Made by a program: the position numbers and the translations under genes
The notes under the pieces: generated by a model
Told to the model about the DNA's origin: nothing
Database searches by the model: none
The model's input: the letters and a program-made list of their open reading frames with translations, nothing else
NCBI GenBank assembly: GCA_040901965.1
Contig: JBBDYB010000009.1
Coordinates: 22,834 to 86,833, forward strand
Reading direction: 5' to 3'
From: Gemmatimonadales bacterium
GTDB lineage: Bacteria; Gemmatimonadota; Gemmatimonadetes; Gemmatimonadales; GWC2-71-9
Length of the DNA stretch: 64,000 nt
Shown here: positions 63,651 through 64,000 of the stretch, piece after piece
Layout: every line of letters begins with the position of its first letter
How positions within the stretch are numbered: position 1 is the first letter of the stretch

Positions 63651-64000
63651 ATGCCGTTCACGTACACGCTCTCGCGCCGTCTGGCGCTCATAAAATCCCC
63701 ATACCTCGTGGGCGTGGCGGCCGCCATCGTAGTCGCTTGCAACCTCGAGCGCCGCACCGGGCCTGAGCCCGTCTATCCCCTGGATCACATCTCGCTGTAT
63801 CCGCCCAGTCTCATCCTTCAGGTCAACCAACCCGCCGATCTCGCGGCGGTGGGCATCAACGTCATCGGCGACACGAACAACGTGCCGCTCCGCTGGCGGC
63901 TGACGGGCGGCGGCCTGACCGATACGTTCACCCTCGAGCGGGTGCATTACGGCCGCTACAAGGCGGGATCGGTCGGTGACTTCCTGATCATCGTGTCGAC
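63651..64000 (+). CDS. partial lipoprotein (N-terminus only; runs off the window)
   Basis: ATG 63651 gives MPFTYTLSRRLALIKSPYLVGVAAAIVVACN (lipobox). The frame stays open with high GC3 to the window end. It is not in the track because there is no stop. Confidence 0.4.
   Translation, partial: MPFTYTLSRRLALIKSPYLVGVAAAIVVACNLERRTGPEPVYPLDHISLYPPSLILQVNQPADLAAVGINVIGDTNNVPLRWRLTGGGLTDTFTLERVHYGRYKAGSVGDFLIIVS

Noticed and set aside
1-64000. Mobile genetic elements (IS elements, integrases, phage genes).
   Set aside because: No transposase-, integrase- or recombinase-like ORF and no long terminal inverted repeats were recognised in any frame. Rearrangements are inferred only from gene fragments and short repeats.

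Overview
High-GC bacterial chromosomal window (hand counts of single 60-nt lines: about 65% G+C at 43381, about 48% at 18301). Most likely a diderm, given Wza/Wzc-type export genes and several lipobox lipoproteins. No rRNA, tRNA, CRISPR array, transposase or integrase was recognised.

Layout:
(1) 0.4-1.6 kb: a decayed MNT/HEPN toxin-antitoxin pair plus a BECR-like nuclease ORF.
(2) 1.7-29.6 kb, all minus strand: a Wzx/Wzy-dependent polysaccharide locus. It runs capD-like, NusG paralog, wHTH regulator, wzz, wzy, wzx, GT2, a low-GC glycosyltransferase island, rmlBDAC, methyltransferase, AsnB-like, bi-domain oxidoreductase, wecB, heparinase II/III-like, GT4, epimerase, WecA/WbpL-like. Many junctions are ATGA/GTGA/TTGA overlaps. 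The locus contains stretches of recognisable gene fragments at 11.9-13.2, 14.1-14.7 and 24.5-24.9 kb.
(3) 29.6-35.6 kb: an accessory segment, which I consider the most unusual part of the window. It holds mazEF, three paralogous small coiled-coil membrane-anchored proteins, VanZ-like genes and fragments, and degenerate REC-GGDEF proteins. The three small genes each sit behind the same promoter/palindrome at identical spacing. A candidate divergent sRNA, a double-hairpin repeat family with compensatory stem changes, and a 26-nt palindrome present three times in frame inside a CDS are also here.
(4) 35.6-41.5 kb: PQQ sugar dehydrogenase, hflX, a LEA_2 lipoprotein, a second REC-GGDEF paralog, a histidine kinase and a LuxR-type response regulator.
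(5) 41.5-50.7 kb: an export/regulation locus with wecB2, wza-like, glmS, wzc-like, a sigma54 enhancer-binding protein and an initiating sugar transferase behind a near-consensus -24/-12 promoter.
(6) 50.8-63.4 kb: a third polysaccharide locus encoding a CDP-hexose branched or deoxy-sugar pathway, a flippase, an uncharacterised tandem-domain protein, GT4 and a beta-helix lipoprotein.

All family assignments come from motif recognition by eye; nothing was searched. Hand-read motif coordinates may be off by 1-2 nt. CDS ends follow the supplied ORF track, and starts are often re-chosen internally.
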